Virus record (IMG/VR): IMGVR_UViG_3300047160_035177
Span: 209-64,208 of that record
Reading direction: 5' to 3' (one strand)
Length of the DNA: 64,000 nt
Origin: a virus
Lineage: Duplodnaviria > Caudoviricetes
Part shown: positions 36,450 to 45,574 of the stretch, one piece after another
Layout of the letters: each line of letters opens with the position of its first letter
How positions within the stretch are numbered: the first letter of the stretch is position 1
Position numbers and translations under genes: made by a program
The notes under the pieces: model-generated
Database searches by the model: none
The model's input: only the letters and a program-made list of their open reading frames with translations
What the model was told of the DNA's origin: nothing

Positions 36450-37528
36450 ATATCTGTTGCGCCCGTGGTGGCGTTGCTAGCGGCGGTGGATCCCAGGGCC
36501 CGCAAGGGCCACAGGGCCCGCCAGGATCTACAGGTCCACAGGGCTCGCAGGGAGCCCAAGGTCCGCAAGGCGCACAAGGCGCCGCTGGTGCGCAAGGTGC
36601 TCAGGGCTCGCAGGGGGCGCAGGGGGCTCAAGGCGCACAGGGCGCGGGTGTAACGCTCAACAACGCAGCGGACGGCCGCTTGACGTTGGTTACCGGTGTT
36701 CCCGTTCCTCAGACCGACCAAAGCGCAAAAACCGTCCTTTATTACACGCCGTACATCGGCGACAGCATTTCGCTGTGGAACGGCGCATCTTGGCAGACGG
36801 TTATTTTTACCGAGAAGAGCATCGACTTCACGGTTCTAGCCAACAATATTTCAGCAAACGTAAATTACGACATTTTCGGATTTCTTTCGGCGGGAACGCT
36901 TGCTCTCGATCCGCCCTTCGCTTGGGCAACAAGCGGCGCAGGAACCAGCACGCGGGTAGCAAACTTAACTCGCCAGGATGGACGACTCGTAAAAAACGGT
37001 GATGCGACGCGGTTGTACCTCGGCACTATTCGAGGTACAGGCGCGAATCAAACTTCCGATACAGCGGCCGGTCGCTACGTTTGGAACAGCTACAACCGCA
37101 CGACGCGGCCGATGTTGGAGCAGTCAGCGACCAATAGTTGGACGTACACAACGGCCACTTGGCGCCAAGCGAATGCAGACACGGCGAATCAAGTTGCGCA
37201 TGTAGTTGGCTTTGTAGATGACGACTTATATCTATCTCTAGGCGTAATCGCTTCCTGTGCCGTCGCAGACGCTGCTGTTTCCGTCGGTGTAGATTCGACG
37301 ACAACACCGAACGCCAACATGATCATATCTTACCAATCTGGTACGATCACAGCGGCAATCACAGCTTATCTTACCTATCAACCTACGATTGGTTACCATT
37401 TCTACGCGTGGTTGGAAATTTCCCCGACCGGTTCTGGCACAGTTACATGGTTTGGTTTCATCGGTACCAATCCAGTTACGGCAACGACATCCGGCCAATC
37501 TGGCATCTCGGGAACGTGGTCATGCTGA
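36446..37528 (+). CDS. Collagen-repeat fibre/spike protein
   Basis: MNICCARGG; (GxQ)n; [12 protein letters not shown]...YYTPYIG domain. Confidence 0.8.
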   Translation: MNICCARGGVASGGGSQGPQGPQGPPGSTGPQGSQGAQGPQGAQGAAGAQGAQGSQGAQGAQGAQGAGVTLNNAADGRLTLVTGVPVPQTDQSAKTVLYYTPYIGDSISLWNGASWQTVIFTEKSIDFTVLANNISANVNYDIFGFLSAGTLALDPPFAWATSGAGTSTRVANLTRQDGRLVKNGDATRLYLGTIRGTGANQTSDTAAGRYVWNSYNRTTRPMLEQSATNSWTYTTATWRQANADTANQVAHVVGFVDDDLYLSLGVIASCAVADAAVSVGVDSTTTPNANMIISYQSGTITAAITAYLTYQPTIGYHFYAWLEISPTGSGTVTWFGFIGTNPVTATTSGQSGISGTWSC

Positions 37529-37547
37529 ATAAAATGGGAGCGGGGTA

Positions 37548-38522
37548 ATGTCTACGATCTGTTGTCAACGCGGACCACGTGGACCCGAAGGCCCCCAAGG
37601 TACCCAAGGCCCGCAGGGTTCGACGTCGTTTCTGAATGTTGTCGCCGACGGGCGCCTAACGGTTGCTTCGGGCCAGCCCGTTCCGAACAACCAAGATCTT
37701 CCTGCTCAAGGAACGCTCTTCTACACGCCCTATACTGGTGCATTCATCGCGTTGTGGGACGGCGCCCAATGGATCATCGTTCCTTTCACCGAACAGAGCA
37801 TCGTTTTCGCTGGCGGGAATGCGATCGTAGCCAACACTAACTACGACATCTTCGGCTTCCTATCCGCGGGAACCCTCGCGCTAGATCCGCCCTACGCTTG
37901 GGCTTCTAGCGGCGCAGGCACCAGCACCCGCGTCGCGCCTCTCTCACGTCAAGACGGTGTGCTGGTCAAGAACGCGGATCCAACGCGTCGCTATCTGGGA
38001 ACAATCCGCGCCAGCGCCAACAACCAAACATCTGACAGCTTGGTTCAACGGTTCGTCTGGAACAACTATAACCGGGTGACTCGACCGGTTTACATGTTCT
38101 ACAACGTGCACACATGGACATACAGCGCTCCGGGCTCGAATGTTTGGCGCGAAGCTGACGACTCAAACAACCCAAGTACTCCACGAATCATCGAGCAGGT
38201 TGTCGGTGTGGTCGACGATGCGGTTCACATCCAACTAGCCGTTCTGTCAGCTCTTAACAGCGGAGCCGACGCCGCTGTGGGTATAGGCATGGATTCGCTG
38301 ACCAGTCCCGATGCGCAATGCTCCAACACCTACAGCTCCATTCAGACCTTCGTAAATTTGTATGCATTTTTGGAACAACAACCCAGCATCGGATACCACT
38401 TCTACTCATGGTTGGAGCAATCGCCCGCGAACGCGAGCCCGACATTTCGCGGATTTGATGGCGCTAGCTCCTTCCCTGCATCTGATCAGCGCTCCGCTCT
38501 TAGCGGAATGGTGACGTCATGA
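37548..38522 (+). CDS. Fibre/spike paralog with short collagen segment
   Basis: MSTICCQRG; DGRLTVASGQPV...FYTPYTG; clear paralog of 36446..37528. Confidence 0.8.
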   Translation: MSTICCQRGPRGPEGPQGTQGPQGSTSFLNVVADGRLTVASGQPVPNNQDLPAQGTLFYTPYTGAFIALWDGAQWIIVPFTEQSIVFAGGNAIVANTNYDIFGFLSAGTLALDPPYAWASSGAGTSTRVAPLSRQDGVLVKNADPTRRYLGTIRASANNQTSDSLVQRFVWNNYNRVTRPVYMFYNVHTWTYSAPGSNVWREADDSNNPSTPRIIEQVVGVVDDAVHIQLAVLSALNSGADAAVGIGMDSLTSPDAQCSNTYSSIQTFVNLYAFLEQQPSIGYHFYSWLEQSPANASPTFRGFDGASSFPASDQRSALSGMVTS

Positions 38523-38959
38523 TCTACACGCAACTGCTTCGCCAAGTAAGAGTGGTGTCGCCAAACACGATCGGCGTGACGGGGCAAACTGGACGTGCCG
38601 TCATAGATGCTGGTCAAGTCAGATTCGTCGAGCCGAACAGCGTACCTGATGGCCCGGTTGTCATCACGTTTGCCGCCGGCGCAACGAACACCGAGAAAAG
38701 CGACGCGCAGGCTATCGCTGACGCCTACGATTGGATCGACCGCGAAACGAAGAACGGTGCGATCGACGATCGAACCAACGAGCTTCTCGTAAGCGTGCTC
38801 CAACAGAGCAAAGAAAATCTTTGGTACGGCTCTCTCGTCGCCTCCGACATCAACCTGCAGACGGCCCGCGACACCATCAACTCTGGTGAGGCACTCAAGG
38901 GCCAAGTCGCAGCCGCCAACACACAAAGTGAAGTCAACGCAGTCACGGATACTCGTTAA
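38519..38959 (+). CDS. Putative fibre assembly chaperone
   Basis: Between fibre genes; ends LKGQVAAANTQSEVNAV like fibre chaperones. Confidence 0.45.
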   Translation: MIYTQLLRQVRVVSPNTIGVTGQTGRAVIDAGQVRFVEPNSVPDGPVVITFAAGATNTEKSDAQAIADAYDWIDRETKNGAIDDRTNELLVSVLQQSKENLWYGSLVASDINLQTARDTINSGEALKGQVAAANTQSEVNAVTDTR

Positions 38960-38961
38960 CC

Positions 38962-40425
38962 ATGATCTGCTGTAGACAAGGGCCTCGTGGGCCAGCAGGT
39001 CCCCAGGGTGTGCAGGGGCCTTCGGGCGATGCGCTGATCTTCAACTCGATCGCGCTGAACGCGCCGCAGCTCCAAGCCGCGTTCGGCTACCCGAACGGCT
39101 CGGTGGCGTTCGTCAACTCGGTCCAAGATCTGTTCACGTTCGATGCAAGCAGCACGCTCACGCCCGATCAAATCACCATCGTGCAGCCTCTCGCGGGAGG
39201 CGGACGCTGGCTCAGGCGCAACGTTCCCAGCCAGGATTGGGCGAAGCAGTCGACTTGGTTTCTCGATCCCGCTGGGGATGACGAATTCTCCGGCGCTACC
39301 GCGCTTCTACCCATCAAGACGTTCGCGGAGCTTGCCCGCCGCATTAACAAGCTCTCGATCACCCAAGCGACTACGATCACTCTCGCGGCCGGGACCTACG
39401 ACGATCTGCGCCTCGAGCTGACGATTCCACAAGGGATCTTCATCACGATTCAAGGCCACGTCACGACCACGTACACGGGTACAGTCCAATCGCATGTGGC
39501 GACGGTTCCCAGCACCAACACCCGCGGGCAGATCACGGACCCAGGCGCTAGTTATACAGACAAGCAGCGCCTCAAACTCGCTTCTGGGGCTATCGCATAC
39601 GTAACCCGCGTCATCGCCCCGACCAACGCCAACGTCTCGCGTTGGGGCCTCGACAACCCTGCCGTGTCGATCACGCCTACGATCGTTGAGCCTAACGACG
39701 GCGATTCCTACACGATGGATACGCTCGATTCCATCATCGGGCAAACGGATCTGATCATCCACGGCGGCGGGGTGTTTCTCACACGCGAAGTCACCATCAA
39801 CGCCGGTTCGCCATCGCGGGCGCATCGAGCCCATGTCGACAACGGCACTGCATCGAACGTCCGTTGGTACTCCTGCCTTTGGAACGCTCCCACCAACAAC
39901 TTCTACGACTACGAAGGAACCATCATCTGTTCGGCTTTGGCAGGTACAGCCGTAAACTTCGATGGACAGGGTGTCATAGTTCTACTTCGCAACAGCGTCA
40001 TTCAATCCAGCGTTTGGTCAGCGCTGAACTGCTTTTTGGATTTCTTTTCCTCATGTTGCATCGATGGAGCTTCTTCGGTTGCCGCCAACAACACAGGAAC
40101 GGGCAACGGGGCGAACATACGCCAACCAGGAACTGGTGGGACGCCTTCCGATCTGCAGATGGTTGACATCTCCGATGCAGCCGCGTGGGAGATATTCGGT
40201 GGGGCTACCGTAGAATTCTTCACCGCTCAGACGGTTTGGGGCACGAACAACACGCTTACGACGGCAACTTTCATCGTCCGCAGCGGAAGCAACCTGCTTT
40301 ACACCGTCAAACCCATCGTGGCCGGTGGTGCGTCAGATACTCAAATCGGAGGGAATCTGAAGTCCTACGCTCAGGTTCCTTTCTACGACACTTCGCACGG
40401 CTGCGGCTTCATCGACGACGTCTAG
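38962..40425 (+). CDS. Fibre/spike protein with probable beta-helical body
   Basis: MICCRQGPRGPAGPQG; GGGRWLR; DPAGDDEFSG...PIKTFAEL. Confidence 0.75.
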   Translation: MICCRQGPRGPAGPQGVQGPSGDALIFNSIALNAPQLQAAFGYPNGSVAFVNSVQDLFTFDASSTLTPDQITIVQPLAGGGRWLRRNVPSQDWAKQSTWFLDPAGDDEFSGATALLPIKTFAELARRINKLSITQATTITLAAGTYDDLRLELTIPQGIFITIQGHVTTTYTGTVQSHVATVPSTNTRGQITDPGASYTDKQRLKLASGAIAYVTRVIAPTNANVSRWGLDNPAVSITPTIVEPNDGDSYTMDTLDSIIGQTDLIIHGGGVFLTREVTINAGSPSRAHRAHVDNGTASNVRWYSCLWNAPTNNFYDYEGTIICSALAGTAVNFDGQGVIVLLRNSVIQSSVWSALNCFLDFFSSCCIDGASSVAANNTGTGNGANIRQPGTGGTPSDLQMVDISDAAAWEIFGGATVEFFTAQTVWGTNNTLTTATFIVRSGSNLLYTVKPIVAGGASDTQIGGNLKSYAQVPFYDTSHGCGFIDDV

Positions 40426-40457
40426 CCCGAAGCCAACGGACAAAGTACAAGGCCTGG

Positions 40458-41093
40458 ATGATCCAACCCGCTCTAGGTGTAGATGTTTCCCACTGGAAAC
40501 CCGTACGAGACTGGAAAGAAGTTAGCGCCGCGCAAATTTCGTTCGTTGGAATCAAGGCGACCGAAGGCCTTAACCATATAGATCCCAAGCTACGGGACCA
40601 TCGGGAAGGCTTTCGGCAACAGCCTTTTCTGCTTGGTGTGTACTACCACTTCGCTCGCAGTGGCGACCCCGTGAAGCAGGCAGAGCGCCTCCTGGACGCC
40701 GTGGGCCAGCTCCGGGACTATGAACGCCTCGCGCTCGATCTCGAGGTAGCGACCACGCCACGGCCGCAGGACACCCTCTCGTGGACCGATGTCTTCTTCG
40801 ACACCCTAGATGATGGATGGCCCGACAGGCGGCACCTTATCTACACCAACGAGCGCTTCTGGAGGAGCATCGGCAACCCCGACTGGGACAGAGCTGCCGA
40901 AGTAGATCTCTGGATCCCTCGCTACTCTGACCAAGAGCCGCTCGTCCCGAAGCCTTGGAGCACCCCCGCCCGCGGGTGGGTGATCTGGCAGAACACCGAT
41001 CAGGCCGTCTGCCCGGGCTTCGACACGTTCGTAGACGGAGATGTTTTCTACGGCGATGCCGCCGAGCTAACTCGATACGCGAAGTTGGGCTAA
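40458..41093 (+). CDS. GH25 lysozyme (endolysin candidate)
   Basis: GVDVSHW, IKATEG, YYHF, LDLE, IYT, WQNT, VDGDVF; start reassigned. Confidence 0.9.
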   Translation: MIQPALGVDVSHWKPVRDWKEVSAAQISFVGIKATEGLNHIDPKLRDHREGFRQQPFLLGVYYHFARSGDPVKQAERLLDAVGQLRDYERLALDLEVATTPRPQDTLSWTDVFFDTLDDGWPDRRHLIYTNERFWRSIGNPDWDRAAEVDLWIPRYSDQEPLVPKPWSTPARGWVIWQNTDQAVCPGFDTFVDGDVFYGDAAELTRYAKLG

Positions 41094-41401
41094 GCGGCGT
41101 TCTTCGCCTTGAGCGCAACCGCCAGCTTGATCGCAGCCTTCACGCCGTCTTTGGCGCGCAAGGCCTTTACCTTTTCGACGTCCGCCTTGGACAGGTTGCG
41201 CATGTTGCCCATGAACTGACCTTGAAGCTTCCGGGCTTCCGACTGCGCCGGGCTCGTTGTCTTGGGCTTCCCGTTCCCATTCCCATTCGCCTTCTTGGGT
41301 GGAGGTTCGCCTAAGGCCTCTAGCACTGTCTCCCGCGTCTGCGCTTCGATCAGAGCTGTAACCTTGCTCACAAATTCTTCTACGATTTCCTCTACGGTCA
41401 T
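41090..41401 (-). CDS. Small basic putative DNA-binding protein
   Basis: RKLQGQFMGNMRNL...KDGVKAAI resembles a family I associate with myxobacteria (recall only). Confidence 0.55.
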   Translation of the reverse strand: MTVEEIVEEFVSKVTALIEAQTRETVLEALGEPPPKKANGNGNGKPKTTSPAQSEARKLQGQFMGNMRNLSKADVEKVKALRAKDGVKAAIKLAVALKAKNAA

Positions 41402-41438
41402 TGGTGGTCGTCCTTTCGGGCGCTTTGTATAGGCACGT

Positions 41439-41654
41439 TCAACGGTGGGCGGGATGGCCGCGCTCGTAGGAAACGTGATCGGGATGCCAGTAAATTCTAT
41501 TGTCGACCACGGTGAGAAGGCCGCTCACGCAAAAGCCGTCGACTTCTCGGGCTTCGGCATGCGTGAGCGTGCTTCTCTGACGTTCGACGTAGCTTCTTGC
41601 GCGCTCGAGGCCTGCATCGGCCATCGCGTGGAGCACTGCACCAAAGAAATTCAT
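41439..41654 (-). CDS. Hypothetical protein
   Basis: TAATG-coupled start. Confidence 0.5.
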   Translation of the reverse strand: MNFFGAVLHAMADAGLERARSYVERQRSTLTHAEAREVDGFCVSGLLTVVDNRIYWHPDHVSYERGHPAHR

Positions 41655-41842
41655 TAGATTTTCCATACGTTCGTTGGAAGGCCGAAGCACCCTTCGATGC
41701 GCCAAGTGCCGCGGTTGGTCTGAAGATGGATCTCGTACCCACCAGGTTCGCCCGCATAAATGCCTACCATAGTTTCGGGATCGTCGTTGATCTTGATGTC
41801 CAACACCTTATCCCCGATCGCTTCTTCGATTCGCTCGATCAT
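41654..41842 (-). CDS. Hypothetical protein
   Basis: Coupled to recombinase gene. Confidence 0.55.
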   Translation of the reverse strand: MIERIEEAIGDKVLDIKINDDPETMVGIYAGEPGGYEIHLQTNRGTWRIEGCFGLPTNVWKI

Positions 41843-42834
41843 GGGTTCTCCTTTTTCCGCAGCTTTTCGATTGCGGTGTCCATCACCTCAGCGCCTTCTC
41901 GAGCGTGCTCTGCCAGGTTGTCCACATAGCGCATCGTCATGGTCATGTTGGAGTGTCGAGCGAATGCGAAGGCCGAGGCAGCTCCTTTCTCCTTCACAAC
42001 CTGAGTAATCGCTCGGTGCCGGAAGCCGTGGGGCTTCGCGTTGGGAACCCCAGCGGCCGCGGCTGCGGTGCGAATCACTTTGTAGAGGCCCACCCCCGTG
42101 AGCCGCCCGCCTAGATAGTTGGTGAAAACGGGGCCTGTTGGGGGCCATCCATGCTTCGCTCGTACGGTGATCCAGGCGGCTAGAACCTCGGCCACCTTTG
42201 GGGTGATCGGCACCTTGTTGCGATCGATCTGCCCTTTTCCCAGGATGTTGACCGTTCGCTCCTTGAGATCTACATGCTCGATATCGAGGCCTAGAACTTC
42301 GCCCCGCCGTAGGCCATTGCCGAGCATCAAGTAGACCGCCGCTCGGTTCCGCACCGCGAGAAAGCCCCAGTTTCTGGTGCCCGCGGCGTCCTTGTCGAAG
42401 TGATCTAGAAGCGCCGCGATCACTTCATCCGGCGGACCCTTGGTATCCCGGCTTTTTTGAATTCGAGGCAGCGGCACCGCGAGGCGCCACGAGATCAGGC
42501 CCAGGGTGTTGCCTACCGAGACCACAGCTGCGAGGCCTCCGTAGATTCGGCGCCTGATCGTCGCCGTTGCCTTTCCTTCCGCCTCGAGGTGATTTGCGTA
42601 GGCGAGTAGCAACCGATTCGCCTTCGCCTGGCTTTGAAGCAAGAGCTTAACTGCGGTGCGCTGATCCACCGCCCCGATCCATTCACGGAAAAGCTCTAGA
42701 TCTTGCTCGTACTCCGCAAGGGTGCTTTTCTTCCGCCGCGCCCGCCAGAATTCTAGGATCTGATCCTCGGGAGGAAGATCCTCGTCGGTTATCCGCTTAA
42801 CGAGCGCGGTGGTTTCGGGTTTTTGGACGGGCAT
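41839..42834 (-). CDS. Tyrosine recombinase (integrase/Xer-like)
   Basis: GLRRGE (R), GKG (K), HGFRH (HxxR), ARHSN (H), MRY (Y). Confidence 0.9.
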   Translation of the reverse strand: MPVQKPETTALVKRITDEDLPPEDQILEFWRARRKKSTLAEYEQDLELFREWIGAVDQRTAVKLLLQSQAKANRLLLAYANHLEAEGKATATIRRRIYGGLAAVVSVGNTLGLISWRLAVPLPRIQKSRDTKGPPDEVIAALLDHFDKDAAGTRNWGFLAVRNRAAVYLMLGNGLRRGEVLGLDIEHVDLKERTVNILGKGQIDRNKVPITPKVAEVLAAWITVRAKHGWPPTGPVFTNYLGGRLTGVGLYKVIRTAAAAAGVPNAKPHGFRHRAITQVVKEKGAASAFAFARHSNMTMTMRYVDNLAEHAREGAEVMDTAIEKLRKKENP

Positions 42835-42952
42835 GTGGCATGCGACGTGGGATGCGTTTCATGGTTCCTCTACCGCGATCGGGTCGACGTGACGCCGCTC
42901 CAACAGCGGAGCACGAGGTAGGCGAAGACCGGGCATGGAATTTCCTTGGCGG

Positions 42953-43156
42953 TCACGGCCGTGCCCTCCATTCGATTTCGTTCCGCTCGCACCAAGCCCG
43001 AAGCGCCGAGAAGCCGTGCACTTCGGTCAGATGATCCAGAAAGCAGTGCAGGGAATCGCAGAGCACGGGCCCGCAACCGTCTTTCAGACACACACCGCAG
43101 GTACATGCGTTAGCTGGATACCGACACACGAGGCAGGTTGGCTCGACGTCGTTCAC
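42953..43156 (-). CDS. Small Cys-rich protein
   Basis: CLVC, CTCGVC, C...HC...H. Confidence 0.5.
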   Translation of the reverse strand: MNDVEPTCLVCRYPANACTCGVCLKDGCGPVLCDSLHCFLDHLTEVHGFSALRAWCERNEIEWRARP

Positions 43157-43374
43157 GACTGCACCGAGGCCGCGATCATGCGGTCCATGACCGCGTCCAT
43201 CGCGGCGGGCGTTGACTGGCTAGCAACCGCCGCTTCGATCTCGGCGCGTGAGCCGCGGGGCCCGAGCAACAACCACCCGTCCAAGAGCGCATACCACTGG
43301 CCCGGCTGGTAGCCCGGAGCGCTGTAGCTCTGTTGCCAGATTTCGATCGCGGGCTGAGTCGTCTTGGTTTGCAT
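43153..43374 (-). CDS. Hypothetical protein
   Basis: GGAG RBS; coupled downstream. Confidence 0.5.
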   Translation of the reverse strand: MQTKTTQPAIEIWQQSYSAPGYQPGQWYALLDGWLLLGPRGSRAEIEAAVASQSTPAAMDAVMDRMIAASVQS

Positions 43375-43391
43375 GTTGTTTCTCCGAGCGG

Positions 43392-43619
43392 TTAGTAGTC
43401 GGTCTCGTAGAACGCTTCACCAGCGTCGGCCGGGTCGAACTGCCGATCGTGGTTGCGGCCGTCAGCTTTCCAGCACGCATCGCAGTACATGCCTGCGTAA
43501 ACATCCATCGAGTAGCGCTCGTCAGCCTGGCGGATCTTGTTCGCCTCGATGCAGCGCCGGCAGAAGTAGCGACCAAACTTCACTTCGGCTCTTTCGAAAA
43601 TGTCCATCGTCGTCTTCAT
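43392..43619 (-). CDS. Small Zn-finger protein
   Basis: GGAGG RBS; CRRC...YCDAC. Confidence 0.6.
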   Translation of the reverse strand: MKTTMDIFERAEVKFGRYFCRRCIEANKIRQADERYSMDVYAGMYCDACWKADGRNHDRQFDPADAGEAFYETDY

Positions 43620-43721
43620 GTTGGCCTCCATGAAGATCAGCTTGCGGCCACCGAGTCGAAGAGTCAACAAAAATTATGCTTTTGATAACCAAATCTGAAA
43701 AAGCCCAATGATATCAAGGAC

Positions 43722-43904
43722 TTACACGATTTCTCGAAGATCCGAGGGATCGTAGCGGTCCGCGATCCGCATCGCCTCACGCAAGGAATCACCGTCTACG
43801 CCCACGAAAACCTTTTGGGGGCGGAAAATGGGTACGTTCCCTCGAAGCCGGGCTAGGAGGGCCTCGTAGCGCTTCGCGATCTTGAGAGCTTGTCGTTTTT
43901 TCAT
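43722..43904 (-). CDS. Hypothetical protein (MKKRQALK...)
   Basis: ATGA-coupled start. Confidence 0.5.
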   Translation of the reverse strand: MKKRQALKIAKRYEALLARLRGNVPIFRPQKVFVGVDGDSLREAMRIADRYDPSDLREIV

Positions 43905-44116
43905 CCCAAGATTTCCTTGAGGGCACGTGCCACGGGGTTCCGCTCCCACACCGTTTGCCCCCAACGGTAGGCGAGCAGTTCGTGGAGCAGCGTGTCGCTC
44001 AACACGGCGCCGATCCCGCAGTAGGTGCAGACGAAATACCGTTGATCGGCTTGCGGGCCGTTGACCGCTGCGGCGTAGTGACGTCCGTGCGTCGACTTCG
44101 GGCACTTATCGCTCAT
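43901..44116 (-). CDS. Small Zn-binding hypothetical protein (MSDKCPK...)
   Basis: ATGA-coupled start; C...H...CTYC. Confidence 0.5.
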   Translation of the reverse strand: MSDKCPKSTHGRHYAAAVNGPQADQRYFVCTYCGIGAVLSDTLLHELLAYRWGQTVWERNPVARALKEILG

Positions 44117-45048
44117 GGAAGACACACCTTCGTGTCGGGCGGAAGCCCAGGTTTCCACGTACAACGCCGGGCGCCGCATTCTGCGTCGCTCTTGCACGAG
44201 GGCATACAGCCTCGAACGTCCCGAGCGTCTTCGGAGTAAAGCAAGGCGCAGGAGGAGCCTTCTGAACACTCGTCGCTCGATCCGCACGAGGCTACGCAGT
44301 CAGCCACGATCGCATCGGGACCACGTTTCAACGTCGCGCAGATCTTGCCGTCCGTGCAGCCCTTTTCTAGGCAGTCGGCTTCTCCCCGCTTGGTGCACTG
44401 CCTACGCCCTTCGCCGGCGATCAGGCAACCGAGGCCTTCAGGACAGTCCGCGTCCTTGTCGCAGGCGGGAATGCAACGCGAGGAAGAGTCCTCAGTTTTC
44501 AGGTTGATGCAGGCGCTCCCCTTCGGGCATCCCTCAGCGCACGTCTTGGGTAGGCACACTCCCTCGACGCAGTAGAGCCCGGCCGCGCAGGAATTTTCAC
44601 CCCGACACGGTGAATTTACAGGCCTCGCACCGTTTTTGACGCAACGGCGGATCGAGCGATCGCGTCGCGGTTGATCTAGACAAGCACCGTCGGGGCAATC
44701 GGAGTCGGTGGTGCAGTTCGAAGGAAGGCAGCGCCACAAGCCCGCAGCGGTCGCCCCGCAGATTTCAGTAGGAGCGCACTCTAGATCTGACGAGCAGACA
44801 CGTGGACACGAGCCGCGAACGCATTCCGTCCCGCAGATACTCTGGCAGTCGAGCGGGGCAACAGATCTGTGTTGCTCACGGCGAGAAAAAGCCGCAACTC
44901 TCGTCGACTCGCTACGCGTGGAAGTCTCCGGTAGCGACGGCTTCGGCCTGGGGCTCGAAACCGCCGAGCCAACGAAGCGCCAGCCGACGATGATCCCAAC
45001 CACGGCAAGGAGTGCGAAGAGAGCCCGAGAGTTGCGGCGGCGAGTCAT
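44113..45048 (-). CDS. Exported or membrane-anchored Cys-repeat protein
   Basis: N-terminal basic plus TM; five CxxDxxC-type repeats (CSSDLEC, CTTDSDC, CDKDADC, CGSSDEC, CKSDAEC). Confidence 0.8.
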   Translation of the reverse strand: MTRRRNSRALFALLAVVGIIVGWRFVGSAVSSPRPKPSLPETSTRSESTRVAAFSRREQHRSVAPLDCQSICGTECVRGSCPRVCSSDLECAPTEICGATAAGLWRCLPSNCTTDSDCPDGACLDQPRRDRSIRRCVKNGARPVNSPCRGENSCAAGLYCVEGVCLPKTCAEGCPKGSACINLKTEDSSSRCIPACDKDADCPEGLGCLIAGEGRRQCTKRGEADCLEKGCTDGKICATLKRGPDAIVADCVASCGSSDECSEGSSCALLYSEDARDVRGCMPSCKSDAECGARRCTWKPGLPPDTKVCLP

Positions 45049-45293
45049 GGGAGTGTCAGCGAGATCGGGTTACAGTCGTAGTCCTCGTAGTTCCAGTAAC
45101 AGTAATTTTGCACGCAGTAATAGATCGTGCCGTCAATTGATTGATAGCACTGGTAGTGAATCGGGTAGCAATAATGTACCCAGTGCGAACACTGCGCGGC
45201 TTCAGCCACTTCGCTTTCAGGCGCTCGCGCACCTACAAGCAGCGCCGCTGCCGCGGCCAACAAGAATACGAACCTTCGCAACTTCTGTCTCAT
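45045..45293 (-). CDS. Secreted 6-Cys Tyr-rich peptide
   Basis: Signal peptide MRQKLRRFVFLLAAAAALLVGA; AGAGG RBS. Confidence 0.7.
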   Translation of the reverse strand: MRQKLRRFVFLLAAAAALLVGARAPESEVAEAAQCSHWVHYCYPIHYQCYQSIDGTIYYCVQNYCYWNYEDYDCNPISLTLP

Positions 45294-45409
45294 TTGGTCA
45301 CCTCTATCCTACGCACGCGTCGCTAGGTACTGCACCCGCTGCGTCGCAGAGCGGGGCTTGCCTTTTCGTCCGAGCGTTGTATAACTGTTTAGACAAGGAG
45401 GCAAGAAAA

Positions 45410-45574
45410 ATGTCCACCGGTCAGACGCGAGAAGAGGAAACCCTCGAGGTGATCCAGCAACTACGCCAGATGAAATCTGATCTTCGGCGGCAGCTTATCG
45501 AGCTGAACGAAGAGAACACGCGGCTCTACGCCGAAGTGGCGCGACTTCAGCGCAAACTCGGGGAGCTGGCTTAA
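45410..45574 (+). CDS. 54-aa coiled-coil protein
   Basis: AAGGAGG RBS and TATAAC upstream; heptads ELNEENTRLYAEVARLQRKL. Confidence 0.7.
   Translation: MSTGQTREEETLEVIQQLRQMKSDLRRQLIELNEENTRLYAEVARLQRKLGELA

Noticed and set aside
43660-43725. AT-rich segment with a TAAGTCCTTGAT-like word as attP or dif site
   Set aside because: Only a loose resemblance; no tRNA-end duplication or convincing XerC/XerD arms visible
44708-45574. 288-aa plus-strand ORF and other long antisense ORFs (8493..9197, 18672..19322, 61251..62105, 62214..63065)
   Set aside because: Shadows of better-supported opposite-strand genes in GC-rich DNA; only the last 54 codons of 44708..45574 have an RBS
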